NCBI GenBank assembly: GCA_963750165.1
Contig: CAVVPN010000004.1
Span: 1,152,001-1,216,000, forward strand
DNA length: 64,000 bases
Direction of reading: 5' to 3'
Source: an uncultured Gemmataceae bacterium
GTDB taxonomy: Bacteria; Planctomycetota; Planctomycetia; Gemmatales; Gemmataceae
The notes beneath the pieces are model-generated. The model had not been told where the DNA came from. It worked only from the letters and a program-made list of their open reading frames with translations, and made no database searches. Positions 1 through 11,349 of this stretch are shown here, piece by piece. Every line of letters starts with the position of its first letter. The first letter of the stretch is position 1. Both the position numbers and the translations under genes were made by a program.

Positions 1-261
1 CGGGTCGATCAAGACCGCGTGCAAGATCCTCTTGACCGGCAACGATCCCGGGCCGGTGCAAACCACCGTCCCGGGATCGACCGTTCTGCGGCCCCCGTCG
101 CGCAGGTAGCGCTGAAGCTCCTCGTAAACGTCCTCGCCCTTAGGGCGTACGATGATCCCCAGGTTGACGCCGCCGGTCATCTGTAACCACGGGTTGGCGG
201 TCGCCACCAACACGTCGGCAGGGACGTCGAGGATATTCCCAGCAAGGATCTCAAGCCTCAT
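1..261 (-). CDS. Macro (ADP-ribose-binding) domain protein, 3' end outside window
   Basis: Manual translation MRLEILAGNILDVPADVLVATANPWLQMTGGVNLGI...GTVVCTGPGSLPVKRILHAV fits the macrodomain pattern GDI..AD..V..AN..L..GGV / LP.K.IIHAV. Not in the ORF track. Confidence 0.8.
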   Translation of the reverse strand, partial: MRLEILAGNILDVPADVLVATANPWLQMTGGVNLGIIVRPKGEDVYEELQRYLRDGGRRTVDPGTVVCTGPGSLPVKRILHAVLIDP

Positions 262-431
262 CTCCAGCCCCCAGAATGCGCTGCCTCTTGTGGCCGAACG
301 ACCCAACTCTGCGGCGGGCCACTCGACGCAATGTTTCCAGATTGACCTCAGATGGCCCGTCCGCAGCAGCGTCTGGTTCGGCCAGTTACTTCATGCCGAC
401 GCCGTTTCTTCTGGCTAATCTCACGTCGTAA

Positions 432-1138
432 TTAGCGGCCGACTTTCACATTATTGAGGATCAGAGGCACCTCGTTATCCATTCCGATGAAACCACGAAG
501 AAGTTCAATCCTTGCGACTTCTTTGACTCTGTCCGCCACACGTCCCATGTTCAGCTTAATCTGAATCTTGACGCCTTCAGGAAGCTTAACGGGTTGGGGC
601 ATGAGTGGCATCGTGGGTTTGCCGAGCGCATAGGTTTTGCCGTCTTCGAGGATTGCCCTGCACCGGCCGAAAAAAACTAGGACGGCAATCCTGACTGGAG
701 CCGTGGAGTTCCCCAGGGAATAATGGCGGTGCTCATTAGTCCATCTGTCTGAATACACAGGGAATTCTGTCCACTCCAGTCAGGATTGCTGTCCTAGAAA
801 AAAACCATCTTGTCGCCATCTTCACTGAGTGCGGTCAGGGTCAACTCCCAATTCGGCCCATTCATCTGCGTCTTGGTCACCTCATACGTCACGCCGTCAA
901 GAGTGCCCTTCACGGTCGTAGTACCCTTCGCAGACTTCTCCTTTTTGCCTCCACCCTTCTTGAGAAGTTCATTCTCCCGCTTGAGGAGATCGTTCTCCCG
1001 CTTCAAGAGTTCGATCTCCCGCTTGAGGAGTTCGATCTCTTTCTTGTACTGCCCTTCTTGACCCGATTGAGCATCCGCAACTCGTGGGAGTGCCAAGGAC
1101 ACGCAAGCAACACAGATGAGAGCAAAGCAACGGGCCAT
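432..1138 (-). pseudogene. Secreted coiled-coil protein interrupted by a MITE
   Basis: Signal-peptide-like start MARCFALICVACVSLAL with a GGAGG RBS, and a 21-nt repeat encoding ELLKRE heptads. Removing 677-797 plus one duplication copy restores ...KMVFF-GRCRA in frame. Confidence 0.8.
677..797. mobile_element. MITE, about 120 bp
   Basis: Terminal inverted repeats CTAGGAC(G/A)GCAATCCTGACTGGAG (23/24 match). Flanked by duplicated A7, or 9-bp GAAAAAAAC if the ends are 678/796. Confidence 0.9.
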
Positions 1139-1372
1139 CTGAACCTCCCCCATTAGGAAATTCCGATCGAGCTTCGCCGAAAGGCCAGGGGCTCGCACCC
1201 TGTCCCGCCCACCCTCGACTCCGAAGGCGGCCGCCGAACAACCTAGCTCTGCGGCGGGCCACTCGACTCAATGTGTCCGAATAGACTCAGATGGCCCGTC
1301 CGCAGCAGCATCTGGTTCGGGTCTGATGTTTTCCAGATTCGACTCCCGACCCTCTTAGTTTTTCCGGCAAAG

Positions 1373-2290
1373 TCACCCGAACAATCGCCATTTCGGACGC
1401 CTCGCACTGAAATTCCGAAGCTCCGACGCCAACTCCAGGCCGCTTGAATAACGTCGGGCAGGATCTTTGTTCAGGCATTTCAGACAGATTGCCTCCAGAT
1501 TGCGGTCTATGTGCGAATTGAACCGTCGGGGCGGCTCGGGATCACTGTCGATTGCTTGCTTCAGTGTCTCAAGGACCGTTTCCCCTCGGTACGGCGGACG
1601 GCCGGTCAACAGCTCATAGAGAATCGCTCCCAGGCCGTGGATGTCGGTGGCTGGTCCGATGGCGTCCAGACGCGCTTGGGCTTGTTCAGGAGCCATGTAT
1701 GCCGGAGTTCCACGAATCGTTCCCTCAGACAACTCTGCGATTTCATCATGTCGCAGCGCAAGCTCAAAGCCGGCAACCTTCGGGATGCCGAAGACTTCTT
1801 CATACCCTACTGCGTCCGGGTCGCTCATAGTCTCGGTTGAAGGTGGCACGGCCAACCAGATTCGGCTCGGCTTCAAGTCACAGTGCAGGATGCCGCGCTC
1901 ATGGATGTAGGCAACCGTGCGAGCCAGGCGTTCCACCAAGCCCGCACTTGGTCTACAGAACTGTCCAAGTTTTTGGATTCGTAGACCCAGGCTTCCTCCA
2001 TCCACAGCCTCGAGTACGAGGTATACCCGGCCCTGGTGTTGGACACGATCATGTATCTGGACGACATGCGGATGTCGGAACGAAGCGAGAACCTCGCCTT
2101 CCCGCTCAACGTATCGTTGGCTGTCCACCCCGGCAGTCGTCAGGATTGTGTAGAGGGTTACAATTCGGTCCAAGCTGTGCTGGCGAGCGCGATAGTAGAC
2201 GCCCATGCCATCTCTAAGCTCCGCCAAGACGTCATAGCCAGGGAGCTTTTTCGAGTCGTCATCGTTCCAAGTAGATGTCGCGACGCTCAT
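1373..2290 (-). CDS. Ser/Thr protein kinase-fold protein, probable pseudokinase
   Basis: HCDLKPS, GTPAYMAPEQ, TDIHGLGAILYELLTG and ICLKCLNKDPARRY motifs are present. The catalytic Lys and DFG are absent. Confidence 0.9.
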   Translation of the reverse strand: MSVATSTWNDDDSKKLPGYDVLAELRDGMGVYYRARQHSLDRIVTLYTILTTAGVDSQRYVEREGEVLASFRHPHVVQIHDRVQHQGRVYLVLEAVDGGSLGLRIQKLGQFCRPSAGLVERLARTVAYIHERGILHCDLKPSRIWLAVPPSTETMSDPDAVGYEEVFGIPKVAGFELALRHDEIAELSEGTIRGTPAYMAPEQAQARLDAIGPATDIHGLGAILYELLTGRPPYRGETVLETLKQAIDSDPEPPRRFNSHIDRNLEAICLKCLNKDPARRYSSGLELASELRNFSARRPKWRLFG

Positions 2291-2503
2291 GGTAGCATTT
2301 CGTACTTTGCGTGCCGAACGACATAGCTCTGCGGCGGGCCACTTGACTTAATGTTATCCGATTGATCTCAGATGGCCCGTCCGCAGCAGCACCTTGGTTC
2401 GGCTCTGATGTTTTCAGGAATCGACTCCCGACCCCTTTGATTTTCCTTTCCGACTTCCGACCCCTTTTCTGTTCTCTCTCCCAGTCTCTGTCCTCTCGTC
2501 TAT

Positions 2504-4017
2504 CTTGGCAGTCGCACTTTTCCGAGTGCTCAAACCGCGAGATTTACGCAGTTTTTCAGCGCTCGATGAGTTTCAGGAGTTCCGTTGCATCGGCCGACTT
2601 GGGTTTAATTAGGGCGTTCAAAGTCGCCCGCCGCAACACGGCAACCATATGACGCAACGACCATTCACTCTCCCAGGGTCCCATCACTTGGCGCAATTCC
2701 TCCGCCTCCGGCAACTGCCGACCGGCGGTAAGATACCACACCATCACGACGCTCTGCAACGACCACACCCACGGCGCCACCTTCTCCACCGCTTCCCGAC
2801 TGTAGTGTTGTGGCGCCTCGAGGTCCAGCACCTGTTTGCTCGCCCGGAACAGTACCTCAATGGACCAGCCCAGGCGAACTGCGTAATCACCCACCCCACG
2901 TCCGCACGCACGTCGGTCGTGAACAGGTAGGCATCGTCCAACTTCCCGTCCGGGTCGCGCACCACCACCACCTGCACCGGCCGCAACCCCAACACCCGCG
3001 GCCACACCGCCCGGTAGGCGAACGCCCGCAGGACGCGCTGCTCCCCGTAGACGGTCACCGTCACCGCCTGCCACACCCAGTCCCCGGTGGCCACGCGCTT
3101 ACGGTCGGCCTTGGCGGCGGCTGCTTTGGGGTTGGGCAGACGCGGCCCCTTCTGCGCCTTGCGGCCGCGCCGGCCGGGCTTGGCCTGAGGCAGACGCGGG
3201 TCGTACACGGCCGCGTCGCCGCGCAACCGGCCGACGAAGGTCACGCGCTCGTCCAGGTCCGCCAGCAGCGCTTGGGCCGCGTAAGCGCCGTCGGCCACCA
3301 GGGTAAAGCGCCGGCCGGGGAACCAGGCCAGCACTTCGGCGAGCACCCACGCAGCAGTGGGCAGGACGGCTGCGCCTGGCCGGGCCGGTGCAACCGGGCC
3401 AGCAAGGGCAACGCCAGGATCGGGGCGTTCGCGAAGGGCAGGCAGACGGCGACGGCGACGACCACCCAGTTGTGCCCCGCGGCCGTGGCGGTGCGTTTGC
3501 GGGTCGAGGCGACGGCATCGCGGAACCAGCCGAGGCCCCAGACGTGCTTGCCGCGCTTGTGGGCCAGGGTGTCGTCCACCAACAGCGTGATGGTGCCGCC
3601 CAGGTGGAGGCGCGTCAGGATGAGGACGGCGACGTGGTAGGCCAACCCGGTCACGGTCCAGGCGGAGCGCGCAAAGAAGTTGTAGGTGGTGTCCAGGCCG
3701 TGGCGCCGGGAATGGTCCCGCAAGTCTTGGGGTTGGGCGGTGTCGGCGACGCGACAGAGGCGGTGCTGGCCCAGGCACATCACCCAGCCGAGCACGAGTT
3801 GGCAGTGGGTGTGGAACGAGGGCAGGGTGAAGGCCGGGGCGAGGGCTTGGACGATGGGCTGGAGAGAAGCTATCATCAGCCACATGAGGGGCTCCTTCCG
3901 GCGAGTGCATGGCTTGAGAACCTATGCACAAACTTAGGAGGAACCCCTCTCTCTTTCTGCGACAGCCCCGTGACACTATCGGTGTTCGTCTGTTCATGGA
4001 AGCGTGCGACAGTTCAG
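2504..4017 (-). mobile_element. IS701-like DDE insertion sequence, frameshifted copy
   Basis: Near-identical to 31010-32529. Imperfect 20-bp IRs, 4-bp TSD CTAT (2500-2503 / 4018-4021), and small deletions that break the transposase frame. Confidence 0.9.
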
Positions 4018-4020
4018 CTA

Positions 4021-5836
4021 TCATGGACCCTTATTATTGCCTTGTGGGGTTGCGGTCCCCTTTCCCTTACGAGCAGGGTAGAGCATGATCCCCCACGTGT
4101 CATCAATCGTGTAAACTGCGCCGACGTGATCGACAATCGAATCCAAAAACCTCTGGTAAGTCATCCCCTTTCTCGCGACGACGCTGATCCTCAATTCCTT
4201 AATATTCTTGCCGTCTTTGTCGAAAATCTCTTCTTCAAAACAGAAAAACACCTCAATCTGGTTGTGAATCCACAGCAGGATTTCCTCAAAACTCTCACGT
4301 TCAAACTTCTTTTCGGCCTGAATCCTGTTAGGAAGTTTTGACTTTGCAACCGCCCCAAGACCCTTTGGAAGGTTTTCTTCGGATTGCAATTTCTTGTCAT
4401 CAGCAGGGCTAAGGCAGCCGTTCAAAATTAGTCCGCAGCTTACACCTGGGTGCTGATGTTAGAATATTGTCCAACGTGGCTTGATGGTGTAATTCCAACT
4501 GGGGCAGACGGCATGCCTTTGGAGGCGCCACGTCTGCATTTCTGCGTCCGGCACCTTGACCCCCTTCGCGTACTCCGCGTCCAGCAACGTCGCACGTACC
4601 GCCCAACCGGCGTCCGTCTCCGTGCCCCGGATGCAGGCCAACAGCGTCTCCACGGTTCGCAGCGGCTCCCCCGCCCAGTTGACGCTGATGCGGCTGAACA
4701 GCCGGTGCTCCACCGGGTTCCACTTCGACGCCCCCCGCGGGTAATGGCACACCGTCACCCACAGCCCCCAGCGGTCGGCCAACTCCTCCTGGAGGCGCTG
4801 TTTCCACAACCGCACGCGGCAACTGTTGCTCCCGCCCGCGTCGCACAGGATCAGCAACTCGTCGGCCTGCGGGTACCACAGCCGTCCCTCGCCGCGCCAC
4901 CACCGGCCGATCACGTCCCCCGCGAACGCCGCGGTGTCGGCGGACAACCCCACGTAGACATGGCCGCGGTCCTGGCGCACGTCGTAGACCCCGTAGGGGA
5001 CGGCCCGGCCCAAGGCGTCGTCCAGGAAGTCGTGGGCGTTGACCTCCGTCCGCGCCGGCACCACTGCCGCCCTGCATTCTTGAAGTTGCCGATCAACTCC
5101 TTTTTCTTGCTGTCCACGCTGATCACCGGCTGGCCGAGGATGGCGAAGCGGCGCCGCTGCCCGGCGATGTACGCGAACTGCCGGTCCCGGTCTGGGTGAG
5201 GCGGGCCGGTGAAGCGCTTGCGGTTGGCCTTGAGCGAATAGCCCAGGTCGTCCAACAGGCGATAGACCGTGGCGGGGCTGACGGCGAAGCCTTGGCCTTG
5301 CAACCGCGTGCTCAGGTAGGCGACGCTGTGGCGCACCCACTTCTGACAGGTTTGCGGGCTGCCGGCGGTCTGCTCCTGGACCAAGCTGCCTCAAAGCGTT
5401 CATGAGGCCCGGCACTTTTTTTTCACAGCGGGCCGTCCTGCCCCGGGCCGGCGGATGCGATCCGGGGGGCAGTCCCGCAGGGAGTCCTCGAGTTCCCGGC
5501 GACCGCGCCGGATGGTTTCCACGTTCAGGCCGGTGATGAGGGACAGTAGGCGGTCGCCGCCGCGGCCGACCTTCTGGGACTCCCAGGCTGCCAACCACCG
5601 GCGTTGGTGCTCATCCAACCGGCTCAGGAGAAGGTTGAGCCGGTAATGGAGGGCGCGTTCGGGGTGGTCCGCACCTTGTCGGCAGTGAGGGCATTGGCAT
5701 TGGTGGATGTCCACGGCTCTGCCTCCCTTCCAAACCAGGCCCCCGGTTGGGCCAGGGTTATTGTAGAAGGGAACTGCGGATTAATTTTGAAACGTTGCCT
5801 AATGGCAAGCGCCATCAAGACGACGATGGTTGGCAT
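4021..5836 (-). pseudogene. Secreted hypothetical cassette protein interrupted by ISAzo13
   Basis: Removing the IS restores MPTIVVLMALAI-SPADDKKLQSEE in frame. Confidence 0.8.
4413..5799 (-). mobile_element. ISAzo13-family insertion sequence (transposase split over three frames)
   Basis: Motifs VISVDSKKKELIGNFKN, ILCDAGGSNS and HYPRGASKWNPVEHRLFS. IRs GGCAGCCGTTCAAAATTA / GGCAACGTTTCAAAATTA. TSD TAA (4410-4412 / 5800-5802). Confidence 0.92.
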
Positions 5837-5915
5837 CTGGTTTCTCACTTCTTAGGAATGGGAATAAAAATCATCGGGTTCCCATTATCGAACGGGAATT
5901 GTTCGGAGTAAAGAG

Positions 5916-5985
5916 ATAAGAAAAGGGGTCGGGAGTCGATATTACGAATCTGAAAAACGTGTTATCGACTCCCGACCCCTTTTCT
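5916..5985. repeat. 70-bp REP-doublet-like palindrome, copy 1 of 4
   Basis: Perfect 23-bp IR AGAAAAGGGGTCGGGAGTCGATA around a 21-bp spacer. Confidence 0.92.
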
Positions 5986-6243
5986 GTCCCAGCTTTCGCC
6001 ACCCCGAAGCCCTCCGGTGGCGGAACAAAGGACGAAGCGCACCGAGTGTAACCACCACGCCATTGGATTTCAAGCGGTGCTCAGGGTTCAGAAAAACCCA
6101 TCGACGGAGTCTCTTGAACGGGCGCCGCTCGGGCGCCCTCCGGCGCGTCCGAACGATAAGCTCAGCAGCGGCCCCCAGAGCTGTTCTGATTCTACGAGGG
6201 CGTGCTGGGGCCGTCTGCTGGAGCACCTGGTTCGGCCCTTGAA

Positions 6244-6972
6244 CTACTTGCTCCCGAACTTTCGACAGAACTCCAAAGCATCTCGGGCCATCTTGGCGAA
6301 GTGCTTGTCGGGGCTCTCGGCAATCTGCTTCAACACAGCCTCGGCCTTCGCACGGTTGAAACCAGGCTCTGCCAACCGCGCAATGGCCAGCGGGCGATAG
6401 TCGGCTGACTCCGTCAGGGGGATGAACTCGCCGGACGCCACCTTACTCAACAGATCGAAGTCGGTCGTCTTCGACACCAGAAGATAACTGAGATCATCGT
6501 GACTGACCATCCCTTTGCCCGCGTTGGACAGGGGTAGGCTTTCGCCATCAATTCGATAGCGCACCTTCGCCTTGAATCCGGCCGCAGCCACATAGCCATG
6601 TACGATCAGGTAGGTTTCGTCAGGCACCTTCACAAGTCTCAGGTCGTTGCCACATAAGGGGCAGTCGAGCACCCGCGCGGCTTTCCACTTGCCAGGTTCG
6701 GCCTCATATTCCACGGCGATGAGCGGTTGCCCCTGATTGGTGACAAACTCTACGGGCTTGCCGGTCCGATTGATAAGGTAGAGTGGAACGCCGATACGGT
6801 CCTTGTTCTTGAAATCGGCGAACAACGAAAGTTGGCCGCGCGGCGCCGGGACGTGAGCGGGTAACTTCGTCGTCCGGATGCCAGGGCCCACTTTGGCCTT
6901 AGGCGGATCGGTGGCACTCACCAATCCGAAGGAGAACGACAAAGCCACAACGAAACTCACAGGGCCTCTCAT
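6244..6972 (-). CDS. Secreted hypothetical cassette protein
   Basis: Fills the interval between two attC sites, with RBS and hydrophobic N-terminus MRGPVSFVVALSFSFGLVSA. Confidence 0.75.
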   Translation of the reverse strand: MRGPVSFVVALSFSFGLVSATDPPKAKVGPGIRTTKLPAHVPAPRGQLSLFADFKNKDRIGVPLYLINRTGKPVEFVTNQGQPLIAVEYEAEPGKWKAARVLDCPLCGNDLRLVKVPDETYLIVHGYVAAAGFKAKVRYRIDGESLPLSNAGKGMVSHDDLSYLLVSKTTDFDLLSKVASGEFIPLTESADYRPLAIARLAEPGFNRAKAEAVLKQIAESPDKHFAKMARDALEFCRKFGSK

Positions 6973-7117
6973 CTGCACTCCTCTTCTGTGGCCGAACGAC
7001 ATAGCTCTGCGGCGGGCCACTCGACTCAATGTGTCCGAGTAGACTTAGATGGCCCGTCCGCAGCAGCACCTGGTTCGGCTCTGTACTTTTCTCTTCCAAC
7101 TCGGACCCTGCAATACC

Positions 7118-7633
7118 TCAGTTGCCTGAGCGACCTGCTGCGCCAGGTTCAGGGCATCTCTGCCCTTCGGGGGAGAACTCCGCAAACCAGGGTGTTGCAT
7201 CCGCGAATCCGCTGCTCGCACTGACAACCCGCTCTCCCGTCGCGGGGTGGGCGAACTCGCCACTCCCGGGGATCGGAACAACCTCAGTCGAACCGCACTC
7301 AAGGCAATGTGGCGGGCTGACGCGGTGGCGTCGCCAGCGCAAACGCCTCTGGAGTTCTGCCAATGACTCCTCCGCTTTCTTTCGTTGTCCGGCCTTCCTC
7401 GGCTGCCGCTCGTTCAGCCAAGACTCCAACTGGCCAATCTCGACCTCAAGCGCTTCGCAAGGCCGGAGCAGTTCCGCTGTCACGAAGGAACCGCAGGCCC
7501 GACACCAAGCCGGCTGTTGCTCGACGTGCAACTTCGAGCCGTCTTCCAAGCGGTAGTCAAGGAATGCGGAGTACAACACCCAGGCGTTGCCCCCAGAATC
7601 GGGCAAGTCGTATTCGACGTACCCACGCCCCAT
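7118..7633 (-). CDS. Hypothetical protein with two CxxC motifs (zinc-ribbon-like)
   Basis: WCRACG and HCLECGS motifs; fills its cassette. Confidence 0.7.
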   Translation of the reverse strand: MGRGYVEYDLPDSGGNAWVLYSAFLDYRLEDGSKLHVEQQPAWCRACGSFVTAELLRPCEALEVEIGQLESWLNERQPRKAGQRKKAEESLAELQRRLRWRRHRVSPPHCLECGSTEVVPIPGSGEFAHPATGERVVSASSGFADATPWFAEFSPEGQRCPEPGAAGRSGN

Positions 7634-7746
7634 GCCAAACTCCGTGAAGCCGAACGCCGAAGCTCTGCGGCGTTGGGGCCTGGGAGCCCTTGACTCGGAG
7701 TAGCCCGAAAGGCCCCAACGTCCGCAGCAGCAGCTTGTTCGCGCGA

Positions 7747-8194
7747 TTACGTCGATCCGTACAGCAACTCAATCGAAGCCGGGGATTGCTGTGCCACGGC
7801 CTTGAGCGCGGCAGACCTGGTGATGAACTTACGGAACGCCGCCAGCTCGTCCAGCGACCAGCACCAACGATTACTCTCCCCCGCCTCCGCCCCCACTGAG
7901 GGCTCAAACCGGAAAACGAGCCGTAGCTGCCAGATTTCCTTTTCCTTGGTGTCGGTTCTGATCAACTGCCGGGTTATATCAAACTCGAAGGCGGGTCCTT
8001 TCCCCCAGTCGTAGGTGCCCCATTGAAAGAGGAGGCTGTCCCTATCCCCCTTGAAGGGGCACCCCTCGGCACGCTCCTCAACGTAGTATGCCAGCATGGC
8101 CTCAACACCAGTGTTCGGGGTCAGGGTGTCAAGCGATAAGACCAGCCGCCTCCAGCCGTTTGAGGAACCGCGTCTTGGCCGCACGGGGCTTCAT
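7747..8194 (-). CDS. Hypothetical cassette protein (probable frameshift near 5' end)
   Basis: ATG at 8194 (MKPRAAKTRFLKRLEAAG) lies in a different frame from the body 7747-8130. Confidence 0.6.
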
Positions 8195-8361
8195 AGGTTG
8201 ACACCGTGTCTCTTTCTGCGAACGACCATGCTCAGCAGCCGGCTCACGCGGGCGCGACTAGCGAACCGCGACGAACCGGGTGTCGCGTGGCCGGTCGGCT
8301 GCAGCGACTGGTTCGGCCTCAATGGTCTTTCATTCGACTCCCGACTCCTTTCTCTTCACCA

Positions 8362-9262
8362 CTAGGTTTCCGTCAAATTGACAAACACCTGAAACTGATC
8401 AGTCATCGTAATGTGGTTGATCTTGATTTTTCCGTCCACGGAACTAGGAGTTGACCACAAAGTGTGAGGGTCAGCAGTTGTGTTAATAATGTTCACGCCA
8501 ACATTAAATGGAGGTGCTGGTAATTCAATGATTACCCCGGCTGGAGTGATCCGGCATTCAGGCCCGCGTTGTTGGAACAGCTGCCAGAACTGTGGATTTC
8601 CCTCCGTATACCAGTACCAAGTCCCACCCGGTTGAAGCGTGATACTCTTGGAGGCGTCGTTCAGGTGCCATGTAAAGTTTAGCACCTGATTATGATTGGA
8701 CTGATTGATAAAGCGGGCGACGACGTATTCTGTTGGCGTCGAAGGGTGTGGTGGGGGAATTGTTTGAACAACACGAACCGCCACATATGGGCAGTACGAC
8801 AGAGTAGTGGTGCTAGTCTGCCAGAAGCCTCCGTCTGGGCTGAAATTTGGCACCCAAAACTGATTCTGACCATTGTATTCGGAGACGCCAGCCTTGAACT
8901 CAAAGCCCTCGGACTGAAGTGATTGCACGCCCTCTTGAGGATTCCCGCCCAGCAATCCCTTCAGCGTAGTCATCGCCAATTGGATCGCCTGCTGTAGGAC
9001 AATCTGTGTAAAGACGGTCTGGACGTTCTGCTCAAAAACAGCGATTGATTGATCGATCAGATCATCGAGCCATGCCTCAAATGGCGCATGGGTCATCGAT
9101 AAAGATTGAGACGCCAGCCGCAACGGCACCTTGGATAGCGTCTGTCTCGATCAGTTCCCGGCCGTAAGCAACGCTCCACGGTGGGGTGCCAGATTGCACT
9201 TGGTTGATCTTGTCCCCCTTGTTCGTCACAAACTGTGTATCTCCCGGAGCTGGCATGGACAT
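8362..9262 (-). CDS. Low-GC hypothetical protein (two overlapping ORFs, possibly one frameshifted gene)
   Basis: ORFs 9077-9262 and 8362-9129 fill one cassette. Confidence 0.55.
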
Positions 9263-9447
9263 CCCCTCTTTCTTACAAACAGCATGTACTGACGTACCGA
9301 CCGCTCGTCAGCTGAACGACATAGCTGTCCAGCGGGGTGGGCCGCCGTTGACAGCGTACCCCCGGGAACCGCCACGGCCCGTTCCGTCTGCTGTAGCGAC
9401 TGGTTCAGCCGCCCCATTGGAGGCGTCTCACCAAGAGCGGGATCGGC

Positions 9448-9788
9448 TCAAGCGAGACGTAGCGTGAACTCTTCATTGCCCGTGCCGTCATGGTCAACGC
9501 GATCAGCATCCGAACTGATGGTGATGTTGGCCGCAGCGTTGCAGATGCCGGTCAGCGTGTTGGACTCACTTTCCAGGCACACGACGACCGTGGTCTCGGA
9601 CCCCATCCCCGAGCCGTTTAGGTGTTCGACGTTCAAGACGCGCTTGTCCAGTCGCATCCTGATACCGAAGGTTGCTGCCGGGTCATTCTCCACCAAGATC
9701 CCGTCACCGATCGCCCAGACTCCGGAGCCGGGCCGGATAAGAAACCACGCCGCGGGCTGGTTTTGATCTGGATCTTGTACGTTTTCAT
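9448..9788 (-). CDS. Hypothetical cassette protein (probable frameshift near 9762)
   Basis: RBS plus MKTYKIQIK start, with the body in another frame. Confidence 0.5.
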
Positions 9789-10024
9789 AATATCTCCTTG
9801 ATTGGACATCGAGCCATCTGAGTGACTTCGGTCTTCGCCGCCGAACAACATAGCTCAGGTGCGGGCCGAGTGACCTCGGCGTGTCCGGTTGACCTCAGTT
9901 GGCCCGTCACCTGCAGCGGCTGGTTCGGGGAAGTTCTTCTTTAACTTCGGCCCTTCTTCCTTCAGCGCGGATAGTGCCTTCAGGGGACAACCCTGTGATC
10001 GAGCCCCCTATCAATTCCGCGCTG

Positions 10025-10420
10025 CTACTCCTCCCATTGCACCGACGGATCAAGTTCCCCGCGCTCGGCGTAATGGCGGGCCACCTGTAAGACCAACTCC
10101 AATTCATAGGTGACATACCGCTCGCTTGGGTAGAACCCCTGGTCGCTGGTCCATACTGGCACTTCGCCGCCAGTGTGGCTCGGGTCGCAGTACTGGAGCC
10201 AAGCCCCGCGCTTGTCGGCGGCGGTGATCGCATAGCCCTTCGGGCCGCCAAGCACGCTCAGGCAATCCTCCCCGTGGCATTCCTCCTGCAAGCCGATGAA
10301 GATGAACGGCAAGCAGTAGTGGTTGAGTGCGCGGATCGCCGACTCCACTTGCGCCACGTCGGGTTCGGTACGACTTGAGTGTCGTACCCGTGGCCCGTAG
10401 GCGGGTATTCGGTGATCTCA
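10025..10420 (-). CDS. Imm1-like immunity protein (5' end uncertain or frameshifted)
   Basis: C-terminus VARHYAERGELDPSVQWEE resembles the Imm1 family ending; recognised by pattern only. Confidence 0.4.
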
Positions 10421-10790
10421 AGCACTTTGATGGCCAACGACTTTTGCACAGATCGCCTCTGCTTTGCCGAACCGCGCCCCTTGACCAGAGCCACTTCATG
10501 GGCTCCACCTCGGTCTGGAAGGCGCCAAGCATTTGCGCCGCTTGGACGCGCTTTATTTGGGCTCTTCCGTTTTTAGGTGCGAAACACTGGATTTTCTGTG
10601 AACGGACGATCACGTGCCCCACGATTTTTCCAGGGAAAATTGAGAATCGGGCCGATAACCCGCACCTAAAAACGGAAGAGCCTTTATTTGTCCCCGAACG
10701 ACCAAGCTCAGCAGCGGCCCCAAGAGCCATGCTTATTCTACAAAGACATGTTGGGGCCGTCTGCTGAAGCTTTTGGTTCGGTCCGGTTGC

Positions 10791-11222
10791 TCACTCGGCA
10801 CGCCGACACGAGGGACCAGCCATACGTCTCACGGTCATCCTGCGCGGTCCAATCGTATCCGTATGCTGTCCAGACCGCATACGCGGAGGCGACCGCAGCA
10901 CCCGTCCCGGCACGGGAATCAACCTGACCCTGGACGGGCGCAACTCGACGCACCAACCGACCCGGCCGGCGGCCCGGCTGGCAAAACTGGCGCCCGACCA
11001 AGCCCCGGCCCGGCAAGCGTCGAACATGCTGGTCCCGTCCCAGTCGAGGACGTCGTGCTCGTAATCCCACTGGCTCGGCAGGTAAACGACGTCGAACCCA
11101 TCGGTCGGCAAACATTCCCTCATGCCGCACACCTGGGAAGCGGCGAGGTCAACGCACACGCGCACGGTCATGCGGTGGTCTGTGCCGCGCTTCTCGACGG
11201 TTGCTTCTGCCTCGACCAGCAA
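10791..11222 (-). CDS. Hypothetical cassette protein
   Basis: Fills cassette between attC sites. Confidence 0.6.
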   Translation of the reverse strand: MLVEAEATVEKRGTDHRMTVRVCVDLAASQVCGMRECLPTDGFDVVYLPSQWDYEHDVLDWDGTSMFDACRAGAWSGASFASRAAGRVGWCVELRPSRVRLIPVPGRVLRSPPRMRSGQHTDTIGPRRMTVRRMAGPSCRRAE

Positions 11223-11349
11223 CTTTCACCCCTCACCACCCGAACGACTGCGTTCACCTGCCGGGCCGCCTGCAACGGCGTGGTGTCGCGCAAAACCAAA
11301 ATGGCGGCCCGGTCAGGTGCAACGCTTGGTTCGCCGGCGTCGCATTCGG

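Noticed and set aside
300..313. attC variant GACCCAA-CT-CTGCG as an IS110 excision scar (AA-CT matches the element end)
   Set aside because: It is a single-base difference, within the normal variation among these attC sites.
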